NCBI GenBank assembly: GCA_028282585.1
Contig: JANQHR010000034.1
Span: 18,068 to 82,067 of the forward strand
Source of the DNA: Bacteroidales bacterium
GTDB lineage: Bacteria > Bacteroidota > Bacteroidia > Bacteroidales > UBA12077
Direction: 5' to 3'
Length of the DNA: 64,000 nt
In this document: one piece after another, positions 37,198 to 46,605 of the stretch
Position numbering within the stretch: position 1 is the stretch's first letter
Layout of the letters: the number at the start of each line of letters is the position of its first letter
Translations under genes and position numbers: made by a program
The notes under the pieces: model-generated
What the model saw: only the letters and a program-made list of their open reading frames with translations
What the model was told of the DNA's origin: nothing
Database searches by the model: none

Positions 37198-37224
37198 AAA
37201 GCGCAACATTAGGAGTTGCGCTTT
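37198..37224. terminator. bidirectional terminator
   Basis: AAAGCGCAAC-ATTAGGA-GTTGCGCTTT between convergent genes. Confidence 0.8.
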
Positions 37225-37225
37225 C

Positions 37226-38041
37226 TTATTTGCGTTCAAAGAAGTATTTTAAACCATCATAAATGCTGTGAAAAGGTACATGACCTTCATTTTCGTATAT
37301 TAAATATTGGTGCCTTACTTTATTTCCTAATTTATTTTTAATAGTTTCGGAGAAATCAGCAATTTCTTGTTGAAAAGTTCCATCAGGATCTAAAGGATCA
37401 TGAAGTCCGTTTGTTATAAAAATTTCCTGGCCATTAAACTTATCTAACTGACTAAATGATTTATTATACATTTCGGTAAAAAAATCATTACAACCAGGGA
37501 AGGCACCACTTGAAACAAGGTAAGAATTAAATAGTTCTGGTTTTTTTAAAAAAGCATATAATGTAAAAATACCACTTAGAGATTGCCCACAAAGTATTCT
37601 TTCCGTTGAATGGTATTTATCTTCAATATGCGGGATAAGTTCTTTTTCAATAAATTCTAGAAAAAACTTAGCTCCAGCTTGATAGGCTTCAGGGTAATAG
37701 ATCGTATTTGTTGGCCACATGTCTCTTGCTCTGTTTGTATTTTCAATGGCCACAATGATCATTTCAGGAGCAATTTCATCTGCATAAGTCAGTCGATTTG
37801 CTGCAACTATGGTTTCATTTAATAATTCAATATCACCGTCTAACCGATACAAGATAGGATAAGATTTTCCAGGACTGTAACCTTCAGGTAGATGAATTAA
37901 TACGGTTCTGTTCTCATTCAATAGTTCAGATTTAATACTATCTTTAAATCCGATATTAATGTTAATTTCTTGTCCGTGAACTAGGATGGTTGAAAAGAGC
38001 GCAATTAGAAAGAATAGAAAAGTTATGTAATTTTTCTTCAT
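37226..38041 (-). CDS. exported alpha/beta esterase (IroE/Fes-like)
   Basis: signal peptide, IHLPEGY, YPILYRLDG, GQSLSG, EGH. Confidence 0.85.
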   Translation of the reverse strand: MKKNYITFLFFLIALFSTILVHGQEININIGFKDSIKSELLNENRTVLIHLPEGYSPGKSYPILYRLDGDIELLNETIVAANRLTYADEIAPEMIIVAIENTNRARDMWPTNTIYYPEAYQAGAKFFLEFIEKELIPHIEDKYHSTERILCGQSLSGIFTLYAFLKKPELFNSYLVSSGAFPGCNDFFTEMYNKSFSQLDKFNGQEIFITNGLHDPLDPDGTFQQEIADFSETIKNKLGNKVRHQYLIYENEGHVPFHSIYDGLKYFFERK

Positions 38042-38124
38042 AGTCTTAAATAAAAGTTATTGTTAATAATATAGTTAACGTTGTTTTAAATTAGATTATT
38101 ATAAACGCTTAAGAATAAGAAATT

Positions 38125-39195
38125 TTAATTTAAATACATAACTTTTCTTATTTCAGTTGAAATTGAGAAAAGATTAGGATTTTCATTATTATCTAACAAA
38201 ATAATTGAGTTATTATCTTCTTTAACAAAATGAATTAATGATCTGTATCCAAAAAATAAACCTTCATGCCCAAAAAGTGTTATTTTTTGACCATTACCTA
38301 AGGTTTTTTCTAATACCCCAAATCCATATCCATACCTTGAAAAATTAACTGTTAGCATTTTATCCATGCTTTCTTTGCTAAGTATTGTGTTAAAAAAGAG
38401 TGCATTTTGCCATTTTAATAAATCTTCTACAGTTGAATAAATTGCTCCTGCAGAAAAAGCACCGGATGGATGATAATATGGCGCAACTTTTAATGTATCA
38501 TTCGATTTGATGTAACCATACGATTTATTTTTAAGAATCTCATTACCCTTTAAAACACCCGAACCTTTCATTGATAAAGGGTTGAAGATATATTTATCCA
38601 AACATTCATCATAGCTTAATCCGGTAACTTCTTCAATGATTACGCCGAGTAAGAAAAAGCCTGAATTAGAATATTTTAGTTCAGAACCTGGCTCAAAATC
38701 GAGATCAAGATCCCAAAAGTTCTTGATGAATTCCGTTGGTTCATTCTTCTTAAAAACCAATTCTTTATTAAGTAAAATAAAGTAATATTCCGGAATTCCC
38801 GAAGTATGGCTCAAGAGGTGATGAATATTGATTTTATTTCCTTTTTCCGCAGGATAGTCAGGAATATATTTAGTTATTTTTTCACCTAGAGAAATTTTCC
38901 CTTGTTCAATAAGAATCATAACGAGCGCAGCTGTAAATTGCTTGCTACAGGATCCAATTAAAAATTTAGATTGAGGGTTATTAAAAGTTTCCAACTCAAA
39001 GTTTGAATGGCCATAACCCTTAACTAATATAGGATTTCCTTTTTCTGAAACTAATGCTGTACCGTTAAAATTTCCCAGTTTATAATTACTATTTAAAATT
39101 GAATCAATTTTTTCATATTTATTTTGTGCGCTTAAATAATTGATAAAAAGAAACAGGCATATAATTATTAAAACTACTTTTTTCATAATTAACAA
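38125..39195 (-). CDS. serine hydrolase, beta-lactamase/class C PBP family
   Basis: SCSK, LLSHTSGI, YSN, GHEG; signal peptide. Confidence 0.92.
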   Translation of the reverse strand: MLIMKKVVLIIICLFLFINYLSAQNKYEKIDSILNSNYKLGNFNGTALVSEKGNPILVKGYGHSNFELETFNNPQSKFLIGSCSKQFTAALVMILIEQGKISLGEKITKYIPDYPAEKGNKINIHHLLSHTSGIPEYYFILLNKELVFKKNEPTEFIKNFWDLDLDFEPGSELKYSNSGFFLLGVIIEEVTGLSYDECLDKYIFNPLSMKGSGVLKGNEILKNKSYGYIKSNDTLKVAPYYHPSGAFSAGAIYSTVEDLLKWQNALFFNTILSKESMDKMLTVNFSRYGYGFGVLEKTLGNGQKITLFGHEGLFFGYRSLIHFVKEDNNSIILLDNNENPNLFSISTEIRKVMYLN

Positions 39196-39259
39196 GGTTA
39201 ATATTGATTTAAAAGAGCTTTTAAAAGACTCTTAAATATTAATTTTTATAAAAATCAGG

Positions 39260-39628
39260 TTACTGTGTTTCTTCTTTAGAAATCCATGTAAGTATTATAA
39301 TTCCGGCGCGCGCAACGATAAATACCATAATACCGAAAAGCGGATTAAGTATGGCCATTTTAAGTCCATCGGCAAGTAAACTTGGTGTTAACTCCCCATG
39401 AGCAGATACTCTGTCAAAAGCCATTATTAAGCCAAACGTTCTACCCAGAAAGCCCCACGCAACTGCAAACCAGGCAAAATGCGACATTAGTGAAATTATT
39501 TTCTTGTGATTACCTTTTGTAAGGAAAGCACTTATAAATAATGCAATTACCACTATAAGAATAATAAAAATAGTGTAAGAGAAAAGTGGTCCGCCATCGT
39601 TAAATTTGTCTAGAACTTGTCTAATCAT
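39260..39628 (-). CDS. small MotA/TolQ/ExbB-like membrane protein
   Basis: GGP, GFLGRTFGLIMAFD, LADGLKMAI. Confidence 0.75.
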   Translation of the reverse strand: MIRQVLDKFNDGGPLFSYTIFIILIVVIALFISAFLTKGNHKKIISLMSHFAWFAVAWGFLGRTFGLIMAFDRVSAHGELTPSLLADGLKMAILNPLFGIMVFIVARAGIIILTWISKEETQ

Positions 39629-39840
39629 AATTTTAAGTTTTAAATTAATACTAAACCAAATCTAATAAAGGTTTTTACCACTTTTTTTAATTTGCGACGG
39701 ATGAGATATTTGCTTTCCTTTTCAACAAATATAAAGATACAAATGAATATTAAATAAATTAAATTGTTAAATCAATATCTAATCCCGTTATTGATCTATA
39801 ATACCTTGACAATTCAGATGTTTTACGTATTATTGTTTTA

Positions 39841-40911
39841 ATGAATATTTTCAAAAAAGATAAAATTAAAGTCGTTCCAATTCATCTTTTATTATGGGTG
39901 GGAGTATGGTTTTTCTTTCGTTATTTTTTTGGATATAACTCCAACGATGCAATTTATGTTACTTGGTTTTCAAGTATTTTGCTACCCTTAACAATGGTGA
40001 TTACTTATTTTGTAAGTTATTATCTAATACCAAAATATTTATTAAACAAGCAGTATTGGAAATTTGCATTATACAGTTTTTACACCTTGGTATTTTCTTC
40101 TTATCTAATAGTACTGGTTATTTATGGGTGCTTAATATTTTTATTAAAATTTAACATAAGTATTATGCCTCCTATGAGTAAGAATTTTGTTTTTGTTTTG
40201 ATCCTGGTTTTTATAGTAGTCGGGACAGTGAGTTTTTTTAATATTTTAAACCAAAACTTTAAGGCCGCAGCAAAGAATAAGGAACTCCAAAATAAAATTT
40301 TAAATACACAACTGCAATTAAAAGAACAGGAACTGCATTATTTAAAAATGCAGATCCACCCGCATTTTTTATTTAATACTTTGAATACGATATACGGATT
40401 CGCTTTAAAACAATCAAAACAAACACCGGATATTATACTAAAACTTTCTAACTTACTTGATTATATTTTATACCAGGTTAATAAACCAAAGGTTAGTTTA
40501 AAAGAAGAGATTTTGCATATCAATGAATATGTTGAACTTGAAAAAATTCGATTTAAGGATAATCTCAAAGTATCGTTTAATTCCGGCTCAATTGATGAAA
40601 AACAAGAAATTGAACCCATGTTATTAATTCCATTTGTTGAGAATGCATTTAAACATGGAAACCTGATTAATGGAATTTTAGAGATTAAAATTAATATACT
40701 AAACGAAAATAATAAACTGGATTTTGTTGTAGAAAACACAACCTTAAATCACCAAGACGGATTTAATAACGGTGGAATTGGTTTAGAAAATATTAGGAAA
40801 AGGCTTAAACTTTATTATAATGATCAGTTTGAACTGAAAACCGAACAAAGAAACAATATTTTCTCAGCAAGGCTTATTATATCCAATTTAAAACAAGCAA
40901 AAAATGGCTAA
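39841..40911 (+). CDS. LytS/YehU-type sensor histidine kinase
   Basis: LKMQIHPHFLFNTLN, PFVENAFKHG, GGIGLENIRKRL; N-terminal TMs. Confidence 0.95.
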   Translation: MNIFKKDKIKVVPIHLLLWVGVWFFFRYFFGYNSNDAIYVTWFSSILLPLTMVITYFVSYYLIPKYLLNKQYWKFALYSFYTLVFSSYLIVLVIYGCLIFLLKFNISIMPPMSKNFVFVLILVFIVVGTVSFFNILNQNFKAAAKNKELQNKILNTQLQLKEQELHYLKMQIHPHFLFNTLNTIYGFALKQSKQTPDIILKLSNLLDYILYQVNKPKVSLKEEILHINEYVELEKIRFKDNLKVSFNSGSIDEKQEIEPMLLIPFVENAFKHGNLINGILEIKINILNENNKLDFVVENTTLNHQDGFNNGGIGLENIRKRLKLYYNDQFELKTEQRNNIFSARLIISNLKQAKNG

Positions 40912-41623
40912 AATTATTAAATGCATTATAGTTGATGATGAGCATGTTGCCAGAGATGTTTTAGAGAATCATATTTCCCGAATTGATAATATAATAATTA
41001 CTGCAACATGTAAAAGTGCCTTAGAGGCATTTAATATAATTAGCAGGGAAAGTATTGATCTGATTTTTTTAGATATAAATATGCCGGAGATATCCGGTTT
41101 ATCCTTTGCAAAGTCAATCAACAAAAACATAAAGATAATTTTCACAACAGCTTACCGTGAGTATGCTGTAGATGGTTTTAATCTGCAAGCTGTTGATTAT
41201 TTATTAAAACCGATTTCTTTTGAAAGGCTGTTACAAGCAATTAATAAATATTTAAATGAGAATATTTCTGTTGCATCCGGAGTTAAGGAATTAATAGCTG
41301 AAGAGCAAAATGATTACATTTTTGTACGATCTAACCGTAAAATGATTAAAATTAAATTTAATGAAATCAAATATATCGAAAGCCTTAGTGATTACGTTAA
41401 GATACATTTAAAAGAAAAAACGGTTATAACACGCGAAACGATTTCAAATATTGAAGCAAAACTACCTCAGAAAAACTTTATAAGAATACACCGGTCTTAT
41501 ATAGTTTCTATTTTTAGTATTGATTCTTATACCAACGAAGATGTTGAAGTTTGCGGTATAGAATTACCCATTAGCAGAACCTATAAAGACAGTGTATTAA
41601 ATAAATTGATAAAAAACTATTAA
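40904..41623 (+). CDS. LytTR family response regulator
   Basis: IVDDE, FLDINMP, TTAY, DYLLKP, FIRIHRSYIV. Confidence 0.96.
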   Translation: MAKIIKCIIVDDEHVARDVLENHISRIDNIIITATCKSALEAFNIISRESIDLIFLDINMPEISGLSFAKSINKNIKIIFTTAYREYAVDGFNLQAVDYLLKPISFERLLQAINKYLNENISVASGVKELIAEEQNDYIFVRSNRKMIKIKFNEIKYIESLSDYVKIHLKEKTVITRETISNIEAKLPQKNFIRIHRSYIVSIFSIDSYTNEDVEVCGIELPISRTYKDSVLNKLIKNY

Positions 41624-41629
41624 ACTTGA

Positions 41630-42157
41630 TTATTCGATAAGTTTATTATCTCTTCTGAAAATTTCCAGTATTCTGTTATCATTTCGTTTGTCGGGGATTG
41701 AACTTGCTTCAGTTGGATATCCAATGTTAATAGTTAAATCGATTTCATTATTGTGAGAAAAAAAGATTGATTCAGTTAGAAGCCAGTCACAACTCATAGA
41801 TGATAGCGGAGTCCAAAAATACGCAGTATATATAAGCTCATTATTAGCTTTTACTGCAAATGCCAAACCATCTAAAGGAACCTCTAAATTTCTTAGGGCT
41901 TGCTGAGCATTTTCTGATATTATATACGTATAAGATTTTTTATTATATGAAATTATATCAGCGTAACCGATAAGTGGAGTTGATTCCGTAATAACATCAC
42001 TTTCGTTTATTTCAAATGAGTTTCCAACTTTTTTATAAGAATCAATTAAGTATATATTTACGCCACCAATAATCTCATCAGGTTCATCATCATTCTCACA
42101 AGAGGTAAAGGAAAGAACAATTAAAGTTACTAGTAAGGTTGAAAATAAGTTTCTCAT
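41630..42157 (-). CDS. hypothetical lipoprotein
   Basis: lipobox FTSC followed by acidic ENDDE. Confidence 0.75.
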   Translation of the reverse strand: MRNLFSTLLVTLIVLSFTSCENDDEPDEIIGGVNIYLIDSYKKVGNSFEINESDVITESTPLIGYADIISYNKKSYTYIISENAQQALRNLEVPLDGLAFAVKANNELIYTAYFWTPLSSMSCDWLLTESIFFSHNNEIDLTINIGYPTEASSIPDKRNDNRILEIFRRDNKLIE

Positions 42158-42240
42158 ATGTCCAATTTTTAGGGTTATTATTAGGAAAGATGAGAATAAT
42201 CCTTGTAAGGTTGCTAGTGCTTTATTTAAAATGATAAATA

Positions 42241-42798
42241 TCAGTAAGATATTAAATATAACATATTATCTTCTACCAAATACATCATGGGAGCAATCAT
42301 TATTTTGGGATATAGCTTTTGAAGGCGCTTAGTTTCTTTCAGAATAAAAGCTACCTCATTCCCAATTTCAGATTCTGGCGACTCATTATTAAACTGCTTT
42401 TCAGCTTGTTGTATGCTCCAGCCTGCATTTTTAACCAAACCTTGAATAAATTGATCTTTTCTTTGAATTAGGTTTGACATTCCACATTGATTATGACCAA
42501 TTAAAGCCATATGTTGAATGTTCCCCAACGCAATAGCATATGAAATTTTAAATTCGTTATATTTCATATTTGCACCACCCGCACGAACTACAAAAGCAAA
42601 TTTCCCTGGAATGCGCAATTGTATTCGATTATCAATGCATGTCCCAATAAGTAATTCTGGCTTATTAATTTCATCCAACGGTTTTTCGAAATTATGGTAC
42701 TCCAATAGCTTGGCAATTGGAGTTTGCCGGTATTGAGAAGGAATGTCCTTAGATGATATAATTGATGTTGTATTTGGCATAGTAAAAAAACAAATCAC
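42241..42798 (-). CDS. beta-class carbonic anhydrase-like protein
   Basis: CIDNR, RAGGAN, HNQCG zinc ligands. Confidence 0.8.
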   Translation of the reverse strand: MICFFTMPNTTSIISSKDIPSQYRQTPIAKLLEYHNFEKPLDEINKPELLIGTCIDNRIQLRIPGKFAFVVRAGGANMKYNEFKISYAIALGNIQHMALIGHNQCGMSNLIQRKDQFIQGLVKNAGWSIQQAEKQFNNESPESEIGNEVAFILKETKRLQKLYPKIMIAPMMYLVEDNMLYLISY

Positions 42799-42865
42799 AT
42801 AATAAGTTGTTCGTAAAATTAATTGAAAAAAGGGTGTTTTTATTGTTTGGTTATATCCGAACCAT

Positions 42866-43864
42866 TTAATTATTATTAAGATTTAATTCAAAATGAAATA
42901 AAAGTGTTTTTTGATTCTTACTCCGATCACCATTATCATCAGTAATTAATAGTAAATATTCTTTTCCATTAATAGAATATGAAGCTATGCCTTCAAAATT
43001 ATCTAATAATCTTGATTTAGGTGTAGTAATTATTTCATCGGGTATAATAGTTCGAGAATTTAAATCCTTCTTTTTAATTAAGCTTAATCTAAATGTAGTT
43101 TCACCATCATATGTTTTTTCCAGAATTATAATATCTCCAGATTGCAAAGTAGTGGCACCTTTGATATCTTCTAAACTGGCAATGTAATTCATTTTTTTAA
43201 TTGAGTCTGTTTCAGGATTCAGCAGCCAGGCTTCTCTGGACTCTTGACCTATGTTTTTTTCATAAATTGCTAATAAATGATTCTCTTGGGTAAGAGTTAA
43301 AGCTTCTATACCAGCATTATGTCTTTTGGGGAAATTATCTAATTCAAAGGTTTTTAAAGGATTACATCGTTTTTCACCGCTTTTTATGCAATTTATATCA
43401 TATGAGAATAGTTTATTATCTTCATCAAATGAAATATATAAAATGTTATGATTCCATGCTAATGATTCAATTTCACCTGAAATTACCTCTCTTTCAAAAT
43501 CTAAGAATTGTCCTTTTTTATCTATATTGGCATTTATTAAATTTTGATTTTCATCATAGCAAAGATCAAACCGAAACCAGCAAGATCGATTTTCTTTATT
43601 AAAATTTTGTTTGGAACTATAATCCGAAATGGCAACTATTTTTTTTCCATCATTTGATACCCAAAGAGCAGATAAGCCTCCAAATTTAACTTTATCGTTA
43701 GCTTCAAGAACTAAACCTCCTTTATAAGTAATCTGCGTATTGGATAGTCCTTTATAAATGCTATGAGAGTTGTTTTCCACATTCCATTTTGATGATTGAA
43801 TGTTTTGACCGGATAGAGTAACTGTAAAAAAAAGAAAAAAAATTATCAAATCTACTTTTCTCAT
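42866..43864 (-). CDS. esterase-like activity of phytase family exported protein
   Basis: FGGLSAL, ESLA, NAGIEAL, DNFEGI, ITDDN..QKTLL. Confidence 0.8.
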   Translation of the reverse strand: MRKVDLIIFFLFFTVTLSGQNIQSSKWNVENNSHSIYKGLSNTQITYKGGLVLEANDKVKFGGLSALWVSNDGKKIVAISDYSSKQNFNKENRSCWFRFDLCYDENQNLINANIDKKGQFLDFEREVISGEIESLAWNHNILYISFDEDNKLFSYDINCIKSGEKRCNPLKTFELDNFPKRHNAGIEALTLTQENHLLAIYEKNIGQESREAWLLNPETDSIKKMNYIASLEDIKGATTLQSGDIIILEKTYDGETTFRLSLIKKKDLNSRTIIPDEIITTPKSRLLDNFEGIASYSINGKEYLLLITDDNGDRSKNQKTLLFHFELNLNNN

Positions 43865-43921
43865 AATTCGAATTTTAGATTAATATAGGTTTATAAATCC
43901 CCTTTTCAAAAGGAGAAAATT

Positions 43922-44821
43922 TTAAGGTACGTTTTTTCCGGTTGAGGCAATATAAATCCTAAACCATTGTTCTAAAGTCATTTTAATATTTAAGGTATCA
44001 ACTGCATTTTTAATGCGTTCAATATGTCTGGAGCCAACAATAGGTAAAATTCCAACGGGATGATTTAATAACCAGGCATAAATTACTTTATCAACGGACT
44101 CAATGTTTAGTTCTTCTGCAATATCCGATAAAACCTTATGAATTCGTTGTGATTTTTCATCTGAAAGTTCTAGTATTTTTCCTCCCGCCAAGGGTGACCA
44201 GGCCATTGGTTTAATATTTTCTTTAAAGAAAAAATCCAAATTACCATTTTCAAAATTATCTAAGCAGTACGGCGATATTTCTACTTGATTAGTTACTAAA
44301 TCTTCATCTGTAAAAGAGTTCAGCATTTCAAACTGTAAAGGACTAAAATTTGACACGCCACAATGCAGTACTTTTCCACTTATTTTTAAATATGAAAATG
44401 CTCTTGCTACTTCTTCTGGATTAAAAAATGGAGATGGACGATGCAATAGCAATAAATCGATATAATCCGTTCGCAGGTTTTTTAATGAATTATCAACAGA
44501 TTGAATTATATGATCGTAACTATAATCATAATATTTTATTTTTCTTTCAGGGAGCTTATTGGAAACCAACTTAATTCCACATTTTGTAATGATCTGAATT
44601 TTCTTTCTTAATTCTTTCTTTAGATTCAAAGCATCACCAAATAATACTTCGCAAGTGTAATCGCCATAAATATCTGCATGGTCAAAGCTGGTTATTCCAA
44701 GCTCAATGGTTTGTTCTGTTAACTTCAATAATTTTTGTGAAGATAATTTCCATTCATGTAAACGCCAATGCCCATGGATTATTCTGGATAATTCCAATCC
44801 TCCTTTAAGTTTGGTTTTCAT
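43922..44821 (-). CDS. aldo/keto reductase (YdhF-like)
   Basis: FDHADIYGDY, ITKCGI, LLLHRP, GVSNF, AWSPLAGG. Confidence 0.93.
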   Translation of the reverse strand: MKTKLKGGLELSRIIHGHWRLHEWKLSSQKLLKLTEQTIELGITSFDHADIYGDYTCEVLFGDALNLKKELRKKIQIITKCGIKLVSNKLPERKIKYYDYSYDHIIQSVDNSLKNLRTDYIDLLLLHRPSPFFNPEEVARAFSYLKISGKVLHCGVSNFSPLQFEMLNSFTDEDLVTNQVEISPYCLDNFENGNLDFFFKENIKPMAWSPLAGGKILELSDEKSQRIHKVLSDIAEELNIESVDKVIYAWLLNHPVGILPIVGSRHIERIKNAVDTLNIKMTLEQWFRIYIASTGKNVP

Positions 44822-44867
44822 TGTAATTAGCTTTAAGAAACTAAATATACAAATGGTTTACCGAAAA

Positions 44868-44896
44868 TAAAAAAGCTGCCTTTACGGGCAGCCTTT
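44868..44896 (-). terminator. intrinsic terminator after the second Kbl-like gene
   Basis: minus strand GGCTGCCC-GTAA-AGGCAGCT-TTTT. Confidence 0.8.
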
Positions 44897-44914
44897 CAAT
44901 TATTGTTTTGGGTA

Positions 44915-46162
44915 TTAACAACCATATCGGTCGATTATTTCTTGTTTGGTTTTTCCTAGAATTTCGTACTTTTTGCCAACCTGAATAAAGGCATCCAATG
45001 CTTTTTCAAGGTGATGCATTTCATGTCCTGCAGATATTTGAGTTCTGATTCTGGCAGCACCTTGTGGTACCACAGGGAAGAAGAATCCAATTGCATATAT
45101 GCCCAGATCAAATAAATCACGAGAAAAATCTTGCGATAATTTTGCATTAAATAGCATTACCGATACAATAGGAGTGTCTCCATCCTTTAATATAAATCCT
45201 GCATCAGTTAAACCATCGCGCCAGAATTTGGTATTTGCTTCAAGTTTATCTCTGCGTTCCGTGCTTTTTGATAAAATGTCCAATACTCTTAAAACTCCAC
45301 TAACAACAACAGGGGCAATGGTATTCGAAAATAAATACGGACGTGCTTTTTGACGACACATCTCGACAATTTCTTTTCGACCGGAAACACAACCACCAGA
45401 TGCTCCACCCAATGCTTTACCGAATGTTGTGGTTATAATATCAATTTTTCCCATTACTCCACATTTCTCATGTGTGCCGCGGCCTGTTTTTCCGATAAAT
45501 CCAGTAGAATGAGAATCGTCAACAAATAACAATGCATCATATTTTTCGCAAAGAGCAGCCATTTCGTCTAATTTAGCTGTATCTCCATCCATAGAGTAAA
45601 CTCCGTCATTAATTACAACTTTTAACCGTTTATTTGCATGTAGTTGCAATTTCTTTTCCAGATGTTCCATATTGGAATGTTTAAAAGTATCATGCTGTGC
45701 AGGGCATAAACGCATGCCATCAATTATTGAAGCATGAACCAATCGATCAGAAATCATAACATCCTCGCTGGTTAAAATAGCTTCAAATACACCCGCATTT
45801 GCATCCATACATGACGGAAATAGAATAGTGTCTTCAGTTCCCAAGAATTCACTTACTTTATTTTCAAGTTCACGGTGAATATCCTGAGTTCCACAAATAA
45901 AACGTACTGAAGACATTCCATAACCCCTTGAATCTAGGCCATCATGAGCAGCTTTTAAAATTTCCGGATGACTTGATAATCCCAGATAATTATTTGCACA
46001 GACATTAATTACCTTTTTTATAGATGATCCGGTCGGAAATTCTACTTCAATATCTGCAGCTTGAGAGGAGTGTATAAATCTTTCCTGTTTAAACAAACCA
46101 GCATCTTGAATAGATTTAAGCTGATCTTGATATATTGCTTTTACTTTATCTGAATATGCCAT
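44915..46162 (-). CDS. Kbl-like alpha-oxoamine synthase (second paralog)
   Basis: NVCANNYLGL, SSVRFICGTQ, HASIIDG, TFGKALGG, RPYLFSN, ARIRTQISA. Confidence 0.9.
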   Translation of the reverse strand: MAYSDKVKAIYQDQLKSIQDAGLFKQERFIHSSQAADIEVEFPTGSSIKKVINVCANNYLGLSSHPEILKAAHDGLDSRGYGMSSVRFICGTQDIHRELENKVSEFLGTEDTILFPSCMDANAGVFEAILTSEDVMISDRLVHASIIDGMRLCPAQHDTFKHSNMEHLEKKLQLHANKRLKVVINDGVYSMDGDTAKLDEMAALCEKYDALLFVDDSHSTGFIGKTGRGTHEKCGVMGKIDIITTTFGKALGGASGGCVSGRKEIVEMCRQKARPYLFSNTIAPVVVSGVLRVLDILSKSTERRDKLEANTKFWRDGLTDAGFILKDGDTPIVSVMLFNAKLSQDFSRDLFDLGIYAIGFFFPVVPQGAARIRTQISAGHEMHHLEKALDAFIQVGKKYEILGKTKQEIIDRYGC

Positions 46163-46185
46163 AATAATTTTAGGTTTAAATTAAA

Positions 46186-46210
46186 CAAAAGCCATCATTA
46201 CAGATGGCTT
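46186..46210 (-). terminator. intra-cluster hairpin/terminator between carrier protein and Kbl-like genes
   Basis: minus strand AAGCCATC-TGTAAT-GATGGCTT-TTG. Confidence 0.6.
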
Positions 46211-46215
46211 AATAT

Positions 46216-46461
46216 TTATAGAAATCTTTTAACAAGAGCTTCAATGCTATTCACGGTGTCGAATGCTTCAGGAGAAGCATCTGCATCAGGAATAGAGATC
46301 TTATATTTGTTTTCAAGAAATCGTTTTAACGAAACCATTGAAAATGAATCAACAAGCCCACCCGAAATTAATGGTGTATCATATGTTACTTCATCATCTT
46401 CTTCGTCACAGTATTCTTCTATGACATATTCCAGAATAATGTCTTTCATGTTTTCTTCCAT
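46216..46461 (-). CDS. acyl/aminoacyl carrier protein (DltC-like)
   Basis: 81 aa, acidic, LISGGLVDSFSMVSL phosphopantetheine motif, FDTVNSI. Confidence 0.9.
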   Translation of the reverse strand: MEENMKDIILEYVIEEYCDEEDDEVTYDTPLISGGLVDSFSMVSLKRFLENKYKISIPDADASPEAFDTVNSIEALVKRFL

Positions 46462-46586
46462 AATAGTAGTTTTTTAACCTGCCAGCCGCCTGCTGTCCTC
46501 CTTTGTCGGATTGATCGGCAGAAAGGGCAGTTGGTTTGTAATTTATTTGATTTTGCCTGTTTATCGACAGGCTGGTTTGTAATTTC
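46462..46586 (-). repeat. leader motif + hairpin, two units
   Basis: minus strand AAATTACAAACCAGCCTG..CAGGC and AAATTACAAACCAACTGCC..GGCAGG-TTAAAAAACTACT. Confidence 0.7.
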
Positions 46587-46605
46587 TGTTTACGTAAGAT
46601 ACGAA

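Noticed and set aside
39690-39732. Possible LytTR direct-repeat binding sites (GCGACGGAT / TCAACAAAT)
   Set aside because: The match is weak and the spacing atypical; not distinguishable from chance by eye.
43922-44821. Aldo/keto reductase as the aminoketone reductase of the carrier-protein cluster
   Set aside because: A strong terminator separates it from the cluster, and it resembles the widespread stand-alone YdhF family.
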